Part shown: piece after piece, positions 38,007 through 48,772 of the stretch
Numbering within the stretch: position 1 is the stretch's first letter
How the letters are laid out: the number at the start of each line of letters is the position of its first letter
From: Gemmatimonadota bacterium
GTDB lineage: Bacteria > JBHIER01 > G020348925
DNA length: 64,000 bases
Assembly: GCA_020348925.1 (NCBI GenBank)
Contig: CP070758.1
Coordinates: 62,001 to 126,000 of the forward strand
Direction of reading: 5' to 3'
The notes under the pieces: generated by a model
Told to the model about the DNA's origin: nothing
Database searches by the model: none
What the model saw: only the letters and a program-made list of their open reading frames with translations
Position numbers and translations under genes: made by a program

Positions 38007-38409
38007 CTCCTCTGCTCCTCTGTACCCCAGCTCCTCTGCTCAAAACACGAATTTCCCAGATAAGAAAGAGAGTAAATCCAATTAGAAAGGTAACCAGTGT
38101 TACAATAATATTAAGAGCAGAGACTCTTGATAATCCGTAAAAGATAAAGCCCAAGACCGTCAGGCGAAATAAAAATCCGAATAAAATAATAATTTCACTT
38201 TTTACAAGGGACGTCGTCAGTGCTTTCGACGAGAGGGTCAGGGAGAGGTAAAAGTTGGCCAGAGCCAAAAGGAGGCCGACCCCCGCTCCTAGCAAGAATG
38301 GATGATGGAATCCAAAAAAGATCGTAAGCAGACCAACACAACCGGCTAGTATTATTACAACAAGGAGATCTTTACCTTCTACACCTTTCGGACGAAAAAG
38401 TGTTCCCAA
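37963..38409 (-). CDS. atpI: ATP synthase subunit I-like membrane protein
   Basis: Four hydrophobic helices, GLLLALANF and FLFRL motifs; upstream of atpB. Confidence 0.7.
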   Translation of the reverse strand: MGTLFRPKGVEGKDLLVVIILAGCVGLLTIFFGFHHPFLLGAGVGLLLALANFYLSLTLSSKALTTSLVKSEIIILFGFLFRLTVLGFIFYGLSRVSALNIIVTLVTFLIGFTLFLIWEIRVLSRGAGVQRSRGGDSIGAEESYSNSS

Positions 38410-38420
38410 GCTTCGAGTTC

Positions 38421-38654
38421 CTATGTCTCCTTCTCCTTTTTCTCCTCAGATGTCATCAATCGAAAAACATTTCTGAACCCGGCTGCCGATCCCAGGACAA
38501 AACCCACAATCATGAGCCAGGGGCGGGTATGCAGCCAGCGATCCAAAAGATATCCGCCAAAAGTGCCCATGAGCACGGCGACAAGCATCTCGACGCCGAG
38601 GTTCCCGTAGGTGAACAACTGATCCCTCAGACCTTTTTTTCTATTTTCAGTCAT
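38421..38654 (-). CDS. AtpZ/AtpI family small membrane protein
   Basis: GGYLLDRWLHTRPWLMIVGFVLGSAAGFRNV. Confidence 0.85.
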   Translation of the reverse strand: MTENRKKGLRDQLFTYGNLGVEMLVAVLMGTFGGYLLDRWLHTRPWLMIVGFVLGSAAGFRNVFRLMTSEEKKEKET

Positions 38655-38751
38655 CCGGGAATTTTCACAGCCCAACTCCCTCTTGTGCAGGGGCGCCGAA
38701 AAAATTTCCTCTGAGCGGCCTTGCGTCTGACAATTCTTCAAACCGACAGCT

Positions 38752-39003
38752 TTATCCTCGGCCCCGCGGTGTCTTCGAAGAGAACGGCTCTCTCATTATT
38801 CTGAGGAATTCGATAAATCCAAAAGCAACACTGAGCAGGAGACTGAGGATCATCAGCCAGGGGAAGTTGCCAAATCGCAAAACCAAAAAGTGGCCCACAT
38901 GATACCCGAGAAGCAGGAAAGCGGCCACAAGAAAGCCGCATCCACCGACGACCTCAAGGACACGGACTATGTCTTTTCCACCCTTTTTTCTGAATTGGCC
39001 CAC
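38752..39003 (-). CDS. Second AtpZ-like small membrane protein
   Basis: Two TM helices, GYHVGHFL..RFGNFPWLMILSLLLSVAFGF. Start codon uncertain. Confidence 0.55.
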   Translation of the reverse strand: MGQFRKKGGKDIVRVLEVVGGCGFLVAAFLLLGYHVGHFLVLRFGNFPWLMILSLLLSVAFGFIEFLRIMREPFSSKTPRGRG

Positions 39004-39014
39004 AATACAAACAC

Positions 39015-39043
39015 TTGACACAATTTAAATATAGGGCTATATT
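39015..39043 (+). promoter_or_regulatory. sigma70-type promoter for the antiporter
   Basis: TTGACA-17-TATATT. Confidence 0.65.
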
Positions 39044-39176
39044 TGTCACTCCTGGTGGCGCCAAAAAATGTGCCTTAAATTATATAACCGGAACGTGCGG
39101 GTCAAGGGAAAAGTCCTGACCGTATCGAAAAACCGGGGGCATGAGTATTCAAGGGTGTACGTGAGCGAATGTGAAA

Positions 39177-40264
39177 ATGAACGTTTTTAGAAAATTTGTT
39201 CTTAACCTCACTGTTCTCGCAATACACTTGGGTTTTGCGCAGCAAGGTATTGCTACACCCCAAAGCAATGAGGTGGGTGGTATTCCCCTGGATCATCTTC
39301 TCCTGAAGCTCATCATCATCTTAGCAGCGGCGAAGCTGATGGGCGAACTCTTCAAGCGGTTGCATCAGCCCGAGGTCCTGGGAGAGCTTGTGGCGGGTAT
39401 ACTTATAGGCCCCAGTCTCTTGGGTTGGGTTCAAACGGACCACTACATCGAATTTCTGGCCGAAATCGGAGTTATCGTCCTCATCTTCGAAGTCGGGCTC
39501 GAATCGGAATTGAAAGACCTTCTGAAATCCGGCCTCTCTTCATTTTTCGTAGCTGCTCTCGGCGTTCTCTTTCCCTTCGGATTCGGCTATTTCGCCGTCA
39601 AGATGTTCGGTATAGCAGGAGGCTCAACAGAGGTGGCCATCTTCATCGGCGCCACGCTCACAGCCACGAGTGTCGGGCTGACGGCCAGGGTGCTCTCCGA
39701 TTCTGGAAAACTCGAAAGTGTTGAATCGAAGGTGATTCTGGGTGCAGCCGTTATTGACGATGTTCTGGGACTCATCATTCTGGCAACAGTGATCGGTCTC
39801 ATTCAGCGACACGTGATCGAGACGGGCTCTCTCCTATTGACGGTCGGATCGGCGGTGGGCTTCCTGGTCGGCGCACTCCTGATCGGTGTTTACGTGACGC
39901 CTCATCTCATGAAACTCATAGCGCGTATGCAGGTGAGAGGGGTTATCTTCGTCACATCGTTTCTGTGGTGTCTCTTCCTGGCATTCATCGCCCGTAAGAT
40001 CGGGCTGGCCACTATAGTCGGAGCCTTTGCAGCCGGCCTGGTGGTGGAGAAGGCCACGCCGAACGTGTGCATCGGCGATCGGATCAAACCTGTCGCCAAC
40101 ATATTCGTCCCCATCTTCTTCGTCACCATGGGCATGATGGTCGATTTCAGAGCACTCTTCAATCCAAACACCCTTCTCCTTTCGGGAATCCTCACGGCCA
40201 TAGCCATCGTCAGTAAGATTCTGTGTGGATGGGGAGCCGTGGGTTCAAAGGTAAATCGGCTGGC
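39177..40264 (+). CDS. CPA2-family cation:proton antiporter (3' truncated by gap)
   Basis: QPEVLGELVAGILIGPS, LFEVGLES-like motif, ATSVGLTARVL, ILGAAVIDDVLG, GAFAAGL. Confidence 0.92.
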
Positions 40265-40364
40265 NNNNNNNNNNNNNNNNNNNNNNNNNNNNNNNNNNNN
40301 NNNNNNNNNNNNNNNNNNNNNNNNNNNNNNNNNNNNNNNNNNNNNNNNNNNNNNNNNNNNNNNN
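40265..40364. other. Assembly gap (~100 N)
   Basis: Joins the antiporter to an unrelated surface-protein fragment. Confidence 0.99.
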
Positions 40365-42282
40365 GCGGAACATCGTCATCGACTATCCTGTGATCCGTCG
40401 ACATTGTCCTGATCCTGATTTTGAGAGTTGGTGGACGGCCGAGGATTCGACGACGGAGTATTTGCGTGATTGCGAGCGGTGGTTGTGGCCGAAGCATCGC
40501 TGGGTGGGAGCGGAGCATCCGTGGGCGTCGGTGGTTTTTCCGATCCCGGTGTACAACGGGGAGCCGTATCCTGATAACATCGACCTGTGGATCGATGAGG
40601 GTGCTTTTCCGCCGCACATACCGCCGGGCTGGGGCTACTCTTTTGATGTGGATGCGTTTAACTTGCTGCCGGGGGAGGAGGCTGTGGCCAATTTGACCAT
40701 CGTGCCGAAAGGGTCAGGACCTCCGCTCGATTTACCGGCCCACGTGGTGGTGCAGGCGGCCAAGGGGTTCTGCAAGCGGGACACCGACTATGTGGACATC
40801 AAGTTCATGCCGTATACGGGGATGTGTATTCGGGACACCTCCGGGATCAAGGTCATGTACAAGTATTCGGAGAGCTGTGGGGGTCGTGATCCGTCGTTGG
40901 TGCCTGGCGACAGAGTCAATGTCGGGTTGATGCTGGACAACGAGTATCCGGTCTCGGCCGTGCAGATCGATCTGGGATATGATGCTGAGTATTTGAGGGT
41001 TGTGGATGTCCAGACGACAGCGAGGACGACCGGATTTGAGTTGGTGCACCGCGAGTTGGCGCCTGGAACCCATGAGATCGCCCTGTATTCGACGCCGTCA
41101 CATCCTGATATCGATATTTCACCGCAGAGGGTGCATTGTGAGTTGCCGCCGGGGTATGAGCACGTCGGATTGTTGTCGATCGTTTCGGTGACCTTCGAAG
41201 TGTTGCCTGGAGCGCCAGCCGGCACATGTGCGGACATCTGGTACGGGACGGTGATCCTGGACGGGCTGCCGGACTGGGGGGGACATCCCAAGGAGCCGCT
41301 GTGTTTGAAGTACGAGGACAAGGGTCAGATCTGTTTTGGCGGGTATCTGGTGCCGGTAAAGTGCGATGTAACGGGGAGAGGGGGACTCCCTGATACCATG
41401 GTGACATTGACGGATCTCTATGCAATCCTCAATCATATGCTGGGTAATGAGCCTCAATTGAGTGGCTCTGTGACACAGCCCGGGACGCAACGCTGGGCGG
41501 CCGATGCCAGTGGAGATCAATTGATCAATATTATCGATTTGATGAAGTGCATCAACCGTGCTGTGGGTGTGTGCGATCCGAAAGTGATCGTGGCCGATGT
41601 GGAGGTCGAGGAGGTGGTGGGTCTGACCGGCCGGACAGTGGCTCTGCCGGTGCGTGTCTCATCTGAAGTGGACGTGGCCGGAATGCTCCTGCGACTCAGC
41701 TACGATCGCGGCGCATTGCTTGCCGGTGAGCCGATGTTGATGGACCGTGCATCCGGGATGGACCTTGTTTACGGGCATGTGGGAGGTGAACTTGTCCTGT
41801 TGATCTCCGATCTCACTGGAGAGGTGATTGAGGCCGGTGGCGGCCCCATTCTGCGGATTCCCTTCGAGGTCTCGGAGAGAGTGGCTCAGGAAACTTTGAT
41901 AGAGATGGCCGAGCCGATTGTTTTTACGACTGATGAGAGGATCGTATTTGGGGCAAGTTCTATTTTTGCGGTCAGGGTGGAGGCGCTCGTTCCTGCCGAA
42001 TACAGTCTGGCTCAGAATTATCCGAATCCGTTCAATCCCACGACGGATATTCAATTTCAGATAGCAGATAATGGATCGCCCGTTCAGACTACGCTCAAGA
42101 TTTACAATATCCTCGGTCAGGAAGTGCGGACACTGGTGAATGAGGAGAAGGAACCCGGATATTACACCCTGACGTGGGATGGTCGAAATGAAGAGGGGAA
42201 TGAGGTTCCCAGTGGAGTCTACTTTTACAGCATGGAAGCGGGTGATTTTCAAGCCACGAAGCGGATGGTACTGATGAAGTAA
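40365..42282 (+). CDS. Surface protein, C-terminal part: Ig-like + cohesin + dockerin + cohesin + CTD
   Basis: Cohesin 'PGDRVNVGLMLDNEYPVSAVQIDLGYD', dockerin 'CDVTG...DTMVTLTDL...AADASGDQLINIIDL', cohesin 'TVALPVRVSSEVDVAGMLLRLSYD...GGGPILRIPF', tail QNYPNPFNP...KRMVLMK. Confidence 0.8.
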
Positions 42283-42392
42283 TCGCTGATATTTGGAGAA
42301 ATTCTCGAGAAACATCGATGCGAGGGAGGTGTAAGGTTCCAGACAGGCAAAGAACAGCAAAATAAAAGAAGAAAAAGTTAAAAAAAAATTAC

Positions 42393-42421
42393 TTGACAAC
42401 AAATTTTTTTGGTCCTATATT
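42393..42421 (+). promoter_or_regulatory. sigma70-type promoter with ~290 nt leader
   Basis: TTGACA-17-TATATT preceded by A-tracts. Confidence 0.7.
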
Positions 42422-42717
42422 GGCTTAAAATTGTCAGAAGTCTTGCAGCTATTAGCATTACATCGTTTTGAATCTGGGACATTGGCAGTGTGCGCGAACG
42501 AGGGGAGAGAGAATCCTTTTTCATGAAAATAATTTGATAAGAGATATAGGAACGTTCATTTTTGAAAGGAGGTGAAGAGGGCGGCATAATCTTCTACTGG
42601 AGTGATCAGGTAGAGTACTTGAGACCTACCTCCCTATTTTCGTTCCTTTCTCACACGGCGTGAGAAGGGGGAAGAAGAATTCAACCTATTTCACTTTTTT
42701 CACAAGGAGGAAGAACC

Positions 42718-45060
42718 ATGGTTAAAAAAGTGAGTATTCTTCTTGCAGCAGTGTTGCTGGTAGCCGGCTCGGCCGTGGCCCAGTATGATTACCGGGCGCA
42801 GTGCTATCCGACCTGTTGGGACACCTGTTGCATAAATCACGATCTGGACGGTGATCCTGAGGATTTTCTGGTTCCCAGTCCGACACCTCAGAACGATTGG
42901 TACGCGGTCGGATTTTACAATCCCTGTGGTCGGGCCCGACTGACGTCGGTCTCCTTTCAGTTTTACGATCCGGGTGCCATTGAGATGAGGATTTATCTGG
43001 GCTACGATGGTTTCGGAGGGACACCGGGGATGCCCTGTCCACCGTGCGAAAAGCTGGATCCGGGCCCTCTTCCCAGCGGGCCCATGTCGCCACCGCTGTT
43101 CGCTGCAATTGGAACCGGTGAGTTTATCGGCAACTGGGAGTGGGAGACGGTGGACGTGGATGAGTATTGTGTCATCATCCCGGCCAAGACCTGCTTCTAC
43201 GTCGTCTGGGCGATGAGGTCTTTTAACGGGCTCAAACCGAGGATCCTGGCCGATGCCGGTCACGAGGAATCCAATTCCTGGATCTACGATGGCGGAGTTG
43301 GAGGGCCGGGCCAGTGGAAGTGTTACCCCGGATACGAGTACATGGTTGAGGTCTGCCTGGACTACGTGCCGGACTGCGTCGAGATTCACGAGCCGGACAT
43401 CACCTGGAGCCACAAGTACCGGGGTATCTACCCCTGCATCAGCGACGATTACGAGGTCCAGGCGATCTTTCATCACATGCACGATTGCGACGAGAGCCTG
43501 GGTTTTGAAGTCACATTCTCCGAGGCCCCGTGGGGTTTGTTCACCCTGCCGGAGGGCTGGCCTTTGACTTTTCCTCATTGCTCGAAAATGGCTTCGGTCC
43601 CCGCCGGTGGAGCCGACACCCTCATCTGCGAATGTTCCTATCATCACAACGTCGACATGCACAACTGGTGGGCGCGCAATATCTTCATCGCCTGGGGGGC
43701 GAAGACGTGGAGTTCGGAGCCGATTGCAGGCGAATGTCTCGCCGATACGATGCGGTATGCCCGCCGCTGCCGAATGACGATCTGGCCGGACGGACCCTGG
43801 AGCAAACAGCCGGTGCGCTGGGGGCTTGCCCCCATCACCATCCCGGTGTGGAACGATCATCCGGTTCCCATGGAGGTTGAACTGCAGGTCGAGATGCCTG
43901 AGGAGTTGATCTACCAGGGTTGGCGTGCCGATCTGAGTGAGACGAGAATCGGTCTGGGACCTGGTCCTGCTCCCGGACCTCCGGGTTCTACCAGGGACGT
44001 CTATCTGACGGTCTGGCCGGACGGTGCTGAGCCCACGATGCCGGTCGTCATCAAGGTCAAGGCCTTCAAGTGCACGGGCGAGTGGGGCGAGGTGGAGATC
44101 GAGTTCATGCCCTACCCGAAGCATTTCTATGTGGGCCCGGACGGGCGTCCGATACAGCCGGTGGACGTGCGGAACATCCAGTGGAGCCCGCGCTATCCGT
44201 GTGAGAACATGCCCTACGATGTCTGGGTGACGGTGGTCAACATGGGGCCCAACAGCGCCTATCCCAAGATCAGTTTCGGTCTGGCGCCGTGGGGCTTCTT
44301 CTTCCCGGTCTTCGAGGAATGGGGAGATACGTACCAGCCGGCGGTCTTCGACACGGTGCTGTGGGGCGGCATCGGAGGCTTTGCCCTACAGAAGGTGGCT
44401 CCGTATCATTACCAGACGCCGTGGTTTCAGTACGAGGATCTGGGCTGCAACTACTATCAGCAGTACGAGCGGAACATCGTCATCGATTACCCTGTGATCC
44501 GTTATCATTGTCCGGATCCGGATTTTCCGGAGAACTGGACGGTTGCGGATTCGACCACAGAGTATCTGCGGGATTGCGAGCGGTGGTTGTGGCCTAAGCA
44601 CCGATGGTTGGATGAGGAGCATCCGTGGGCGCCGGTGGTTTTTCCCATCCCGGTCTATAATGAGGAGCCCTATTACGATTGTATCACCTTGTCGATAGAT
44701 CCCCTCTTTGGCTATCCTCCAGGTTGGGATGTGTCCCTGGACGAGACGCATTTCTGCCTGCCTCCCGGGGGGTCGGCGGTGGCGAATCTGTCCGTCGTAC
44801 CGAGAGGACCAGTACCTCCACCCGGTTTACCGGCCCACGTCTACGTGGGTGCCAAGAAGGCCTTTTACTCTCCTGATGCAGAATGTGAGCGGGATTATGA
44901 AGAGGTGGATATTAAGTTCATGCCCTTTACAGGCATGTGTATCCGGGACACCAGCGGGATCAAGGTCGGCTACAAGTATTCGGAGACGTGCAGTGGCGAT
45001 GATACAATCTATCCGACCCTGCTGCCCGGCGATCAGGTGAGTATCGGCCTGATGCTGGAC
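42718..45060 (+). CDS. Cys/Trp/Pro-rich exported protein, N-terminal part; tandem paralog of 40365-42282
   Basis: SD AAGGAGG and signal peptide MVKKVSILLAAVLLVAGSAVA. Region ERNIVIDYPVIR...GLMLD closely matches the start of the preceding fragment; truncated by gap at the start of the cohesin. Confidence 0.85.
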
Positions 45061-45160
45061 NNNNNNNNNNNNNNNNNNNNNNNNNNNNNNNNNNNNNNNN
45101 NNNNNNNNNNNNNNNNNNNNNNNNNNNNNNNNNNNNNNNNNNNNNNNNNNNNNNNNNNNN
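45061..45160. other. Assembly gap (100 N)
   Basis: Run of N between unrelated truncated genes. Confidence 0.99.
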
Positions 45161-45994
45161 ATAGGGGACACGAGACTTCGAAGTTTTAATTTCCCTTTCT
45201 GGCAGAGGATCCCCTTTCGAATCTATTTGGGCATTCTAAGGCCCAGAAGAATCATCTTGGGGATGGAGTTGGCCGGAGAAGTTGAAGCCGTAGGCAAAGC
45301 CGTGAAGCGATTCAAGATAGGGGACCAGGTCTTTGCATCAGCCGGTTTTGTTTTCGGCGCCTATGCCGAGTATATATGTCTACCGGAGGACGCGCCGAAC
45401 GTGAATAAAGGTTTGGTGGCAATGAAGCCGACCAATATGACCTATGAGGAAGCTGCCGCCGGCGCCGCTTCCGGGGGACTTACTGCATTGGATGTTCTTA
45501 GAAAGGTGAATATCCAGAGCGGCCACAAGGTCCTTATTTATGGAGCTTCCGGAAGTGTCGGTTTGTTCGCGGTGCAGCTTGCCAAATACTTTGGGGCGGA
45601 AGTTACCGGGGTATGCAGTACCACGAATATAGAAATGGTGAGATCTCTTGGTGCCGATAAGGTCATTGATTACACGAAGGAGGATTTTGCAGATAGCGGC
45701 GAGAGGTACGATGTTGTTTTCGACGCGGTAGACAAGATATCTTCTTTGCGAGGCAAGAAGGCTCTGAAGAAGAAAGGAACCTATCTTAACGTTATCAAGC
45801 ATTCCGGTTCCGGCAACGGCATAAACACTGGAGACTTAATCTTCCTGAAAGAGCTTATTGAGGCGGGAACGATAAGAACCGTCATAGATAGACGCTATCC
45901 GCTGGAGCAAATTGTAGACGCTCACAGGTATGTCGAAAAAGGTCACAAAAAGGGACATGTAGTCATAACGGTGGAGCATGTCAACAAGACCTAA
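45161..45994 (+). CDS. NAD(P)-dependent MDR-family oxidoreductase (5' truncated); integron cassette gene
   Basis: Open from the gap; [44 protein letters not shown]. Stop codon lies in attC R''. Confidence 0.9.
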   Translation: MGDTRLRSFNFPFWQRIPFRIYLGILRPRRIILGMELAGEVEAVGKAVKRFKIGDQVFASAGFVFGAYAEYICLPEDAPNVNKGLVAMKPTNMTYEEAAAGAASGGLTALDVLRKVNIQSGHKVLIYGASGSVGLFAVQLAKYFGAEVTGVCSTTNIEMVRSLGADKVIDYTKEDFADSGERYDVVFDAVDKISSLRGKKALKKKGTYLNVIKHSGSGNGINTGDLIFLKELIEAGTIRTVIDRRYPLEQIVDAHRYVEKGHKKGHVVITVEHVNKT

Positions 45995-46055
45995 CAAGAG
46001 CTTCCAGCGGACATTCGTCGCTTGCTCCTCGTGCCGCTGAAGCAAAGCGTTAGCC
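45989..46055 (+). mobile_element. Integron attC site 1
   Basis: R'' ACCTAAC, arms GCTTCCAGCGGAC / GTGCCGCTGAAGC, R' GTTAGCC. Confidence 0.85.
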
Positions 46056-46242
46056 TCCCTCGATAGGATTTCATTGAATATGGGTCGAGGATTTGGTTCA
46101 CGATATGAATGAGGCCAGGCGATTTATGAATGAATTAGACAAGTTCGAAGTTTAACGATAAAAGGTCTTTGATTGAAAATCAGGTCCCCGAAAAGGTTGA
46201 TTAGTAAAACGGGAATAGGTTAACTCAAACAAGGAGTAAGAA

Positions 46243-47397
46243 ATGAAAAATAAGCTACTTTTTGCATCTATCGTTCTCACTTTTTTGGTTGCCATGTGTT
46301 TTAAAGCGACCGTCCCTAAAAAACTCCCATTTTCTAAGGAACTCCAAGATGTATTGGACAGTGGGTTAAAAAAAACTGGTGGTACTGGGGTTTCAGCAGC
46401 TGTAATCGTTACCGGGAAGGGAGAATGGGTAGGTGTTGGGGGTATGTCTGATCTCAAGACGGCAGAGGCCATTAAACCAAATATGTTATTCGATATTGCA
46501 AGTGTTGGAAAGACGTTCATAGCCGCCCTCGTGCTTCAACTTGCTGAGGAAGATCGGCTTATACTAGATGATCCGCTACAAAAGTGGCTTCCCGATTTTT
46601 CAAACATTGATAACACCGTTACCATTCGACAACTGCTCAACCACACAAGTGGCATTTCCCATTTCACGGAGAATACCGCGTATTGGAAGACAGTTTTTGG
46701 TGATTTAGACAGCCTTTGGACGCCCGAAGATATATTGGCGTTTGTGTCAGAATCCCACTTTCCTCCGGGAGGAGGGTGGCATTACTCGAGTACAAACTAT
46801 GTCTTATTGGGAATGATCATCGAAAAAGTAACAGAATCGACATTGACCACCCAACTCCGAAATCGTTTTTTTATCCCTTTGAAGCTTAACAACACATTCA
46901 CACCTCTGGATATAGAGGAAACGTTGTCTGTTGAGTTCGCTCATGCTCATTTCGATCTCGATGGAGATGGTGAACTTGATGATATGGGCTATCTACCAAG
47001 AAAATCCATTTTCAGCTCAGTATGGGCAGCTGGCCAAGTCGTCTCCACAGCAGAGGATTTAGTAAAGTGGGCGGAAGTTCTCTATAGCAGTCGAGTTCTT
47101 AAAAAAGAGACACTCGACCAGATGATAGATTTTCATCGTCCAACTCCAGGCGAACCCCTTTATTCCGGATATGGATTGGGAACGGGTGAGTTTCCGGGCG
47201 AGTTTTTTGCAGGGGATCGGGCGTGGGGGCATCTCGGTTGGCAACCTGGATATATGACAGCTATGTTGTATTTTCCCAACCATTCTGTGAGTTTAGCAGT
47301 GATGATAAATGATAATAACGAAGATTGTATAACATATATTGCTGTTGATCTCTGGAGTATTATTAAAAATCATCTTGAAGTGACTGAGCAGCATTAG
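46243..47397 (+). CDS. Serine hydrolase (beta-lactamase/S12 D-peptidase family); cassette gene
   Basis: SxxK (ASVGKTF), LLNHTSG, YSSTNY, WGHLG; signal peptide. Confidence 0.9.
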   Translation: MKNKLLFASIVLTFLVAMCFKATVPKKLPFSKELQDVLDSGLKKTGGTGVSAAVIVTGKGEWVGVGGMSDLKTAEAIKPNMLFDIASVGKTFIAALVLQLAEEDRLILDDPLQKWLPDFSNIDNTVTIRQLLNHTSGISHFTENTAYWKTVFGDLDSLWTPEDILAFVSESHFPPGGGWHYSSTNYVLLGMIIEKVTESTLTTQLRNRFFIPLKLNNTFTPLDIEETLSVEFAHAHFDLDGDGELDDMGYLPRKSIFSSVWAAGQVVSTAEDLVKWAEVLYSSRVLKKETLDQMIDFHRPTPGEPLYSGYGLGTGEFPGEFFAGDRAWGHLGWQPGYMTAMLYFPNHSVSLAVMINDNNEDCITYIAVDLWSIIKNHLEVTEQH

Positions 47398-47554
47398 CGG
47401 CTGATACTGAACAGAAACAAACTACCATGTTTACTGATGCAGTATACTCATAAACTTAAACACTTGCGTAAGCATATAAAAGGATGTTTTGTGGATAACG
47501 CATAAAAATTGACAAGCGCAATGGTAGCCTGATTATGCCCAGATAAAAGCTTAT

Positions 47555-47684
47555 GGCTAACAATGCATCCAGTTGACCGAAACCGACCTATGTGAAGTTT
47601 TTGGAGTGGATGTGCGCATTAAGTTAATCAAACAATCAACGTTCAGCGTGCGGTATGTTTCGGTAACTGATGCTCACGTTATGC
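47555..47684 (+). mobile_element. Integron attC site 2
   Basis: R'' GGCTAAC (exact complement of previous R'), arms GCATCcAGTTgACCGAAAC / GTTTCGGTAACTGATGC with two unpaired bases, R' GTTATGC. Confidence 0.9.
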
Positions 47685-47733
47685 CGCACATGAACATCGG
47701 TTGTAACATTGGATATATGAAGGGGATGGAATT

Positions 47734-48105
47734 ATGGAAATAATAAACCGTAACAGTTGTAAAGAATTTGTGGCACAAGACGAAGCAGTTGTACGTGAGC
47801 TGGTTTCACCTCGGAATTCCTCACTCAAGAATCAGAGTATAGCAGAAGTTACAATTCCTGTTGGAACAACTGTTCGAGAACATTATCATAAAAAAACTGA
47901 AGAGGTGTATTATCTCATTTCAGGAAAGGGTGAAATGTCTCTCGATGGTGAAACAAAAATTGTAGGTGAAGGGGATTCCATTGTCATATTGCCAGAGCAA
48001 AAACATAAAATGAAATGTATTGGTGATGAGGATCTTGTCATGGTTGTCACATGTTCGCCAAGTTATACTGATGAAGATCAAATTATCACAGATGATACAG
48101 TATAA
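47734..48105 (+). CDS. Cupin domain protein; cassette gene
   Basis: EHYHKKTEEVYYLISGKG...GDSIVILPEQKH. Stop lies in attC R''. Confidence 0.9.
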   Translation: MEIINRNSCKEFVAQDEAVVRELVSPRNSSLKNQSIAEVTIPVGTTVREHYHKKTEEVYYLISGKGEMSLDGETKIVGEGDSIVILPEQKHKMKCIGDEDLVMVVTCSPSYTDEDQIITDDTV

Positions 48106-48164
48106 CCATTGAGGGCAACGGGATTCCGCCTTGCCTCGGAATCCGCTAACCCGTGCCGTTGGCC
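48100..48164 (+). mobile_element. Integron attC site 3
   Basis: R'' GTATAAC, inner stem GGATTCCG/CGGAATCC, R' GTTGGCC. Confidence 0.8.
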
Positions 48165-48188
48165 AGAAGGTATGGATTTAAAATCTTC

Positions 48189-48216
48189 TTGACATGATTC
48201 GAAATCTGGCTATATT
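48189..48216 (+). promoter_or_regulatory. Internal promoter of the TA cassette
   Basis: TTGACA-16-TATATT, 9 nt before the toxin ATG. Confidence 0.7.
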
Positions 48217-48225
48217 CTTCCTAGA

Positions 48226-48525
48226 ATGCGATACGTCGTTGTCATTGCACGAAGTGCCCAAGAGCATTTCAAGGGGTTGGACGCGCGCTGGCGGTCTTCG
48301 CTGAAGAAGGCAATGCGTAAGCACCTTGAGACCGCACCTACGCGGCGAAGCAAGAGAAAAATCAAGCGACTGCGTGGGCTGCGGCAGCCGCAGTACCGGT
48401 TGCGTGTTGGTGAGATGCGTGTCTACTACGATGTGAACGATGAAGAGAAGCGAGTTGAAGTCTTGGGCTTTGTGTTGAAGCCACAGACAACAGATTGGCT
48501 TAACGAACATGGGGTACCGGAATGA
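48226..48525 (+). CDS. RelE/ParE-family toxin
   Basis: IKRLRG...YRLRVGEMRVYYDV; basic, 99 aa. Confidence 0.88.
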   Translation: MRYVVVIARSAQEHFKGLDARWRSSLKKAMRKHLETAPTRRSKRKIKRLRGLRQPQYRLRVGEMRVYYDVNDEEKRVEVLGFVLKPQTTDWLNEHGVPE

Positions 48526-48767
48526 AGACGCACACAATGACCGAAGCAAAGAATGACATTTGCAGCATCATCCGGGAAGCCGAGAGGGATGAGGTCGTAA
48601 TTACTCGGCATGGCAAGCCTGCCGCCATCGTGATCGGTTTCCATGATGAGGATGATTGGCTTGACTATCGGCTGGAACACGACGAAGCGTTTCTGGAAAA
48701 GATCGCAAAAGCACGGAAAGAGATAAGGGACGGCCATTTCATCACATTGGACGAGTTACCAGACTGA
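48522..48767 (+). CDS. Phd/YefM-family antitoxin
   Basis: MTEAKND...EVVITRHGKPAAIVIG; ATGA-coupled to the toxin. Confidence 0.9.
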   Translation: MKTHTMTEAKNDICSIIREAERDEVVITRHGKPAAIVIGFHDEDDWLDYRLEHDEAFLEKIAKARKEIRDGHFITLDELPD

Positions 48768-48772
48768 ATTAT

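Noticed and set aside
42700-44124. Long antisense ORFs (also 800-1726, 2001-3050, 26647-27714, 27960-28856, 57515-58312)
   Set aside because: Shadows of well-supported genes on the opposite strand, with no motifs or SD.
46243-47397. Antibiotic-resistance beta-lactamase
   Set aside because: The motifs fit the broad serine hydrolase/D-peptidase family; resistance cannot be inferred.
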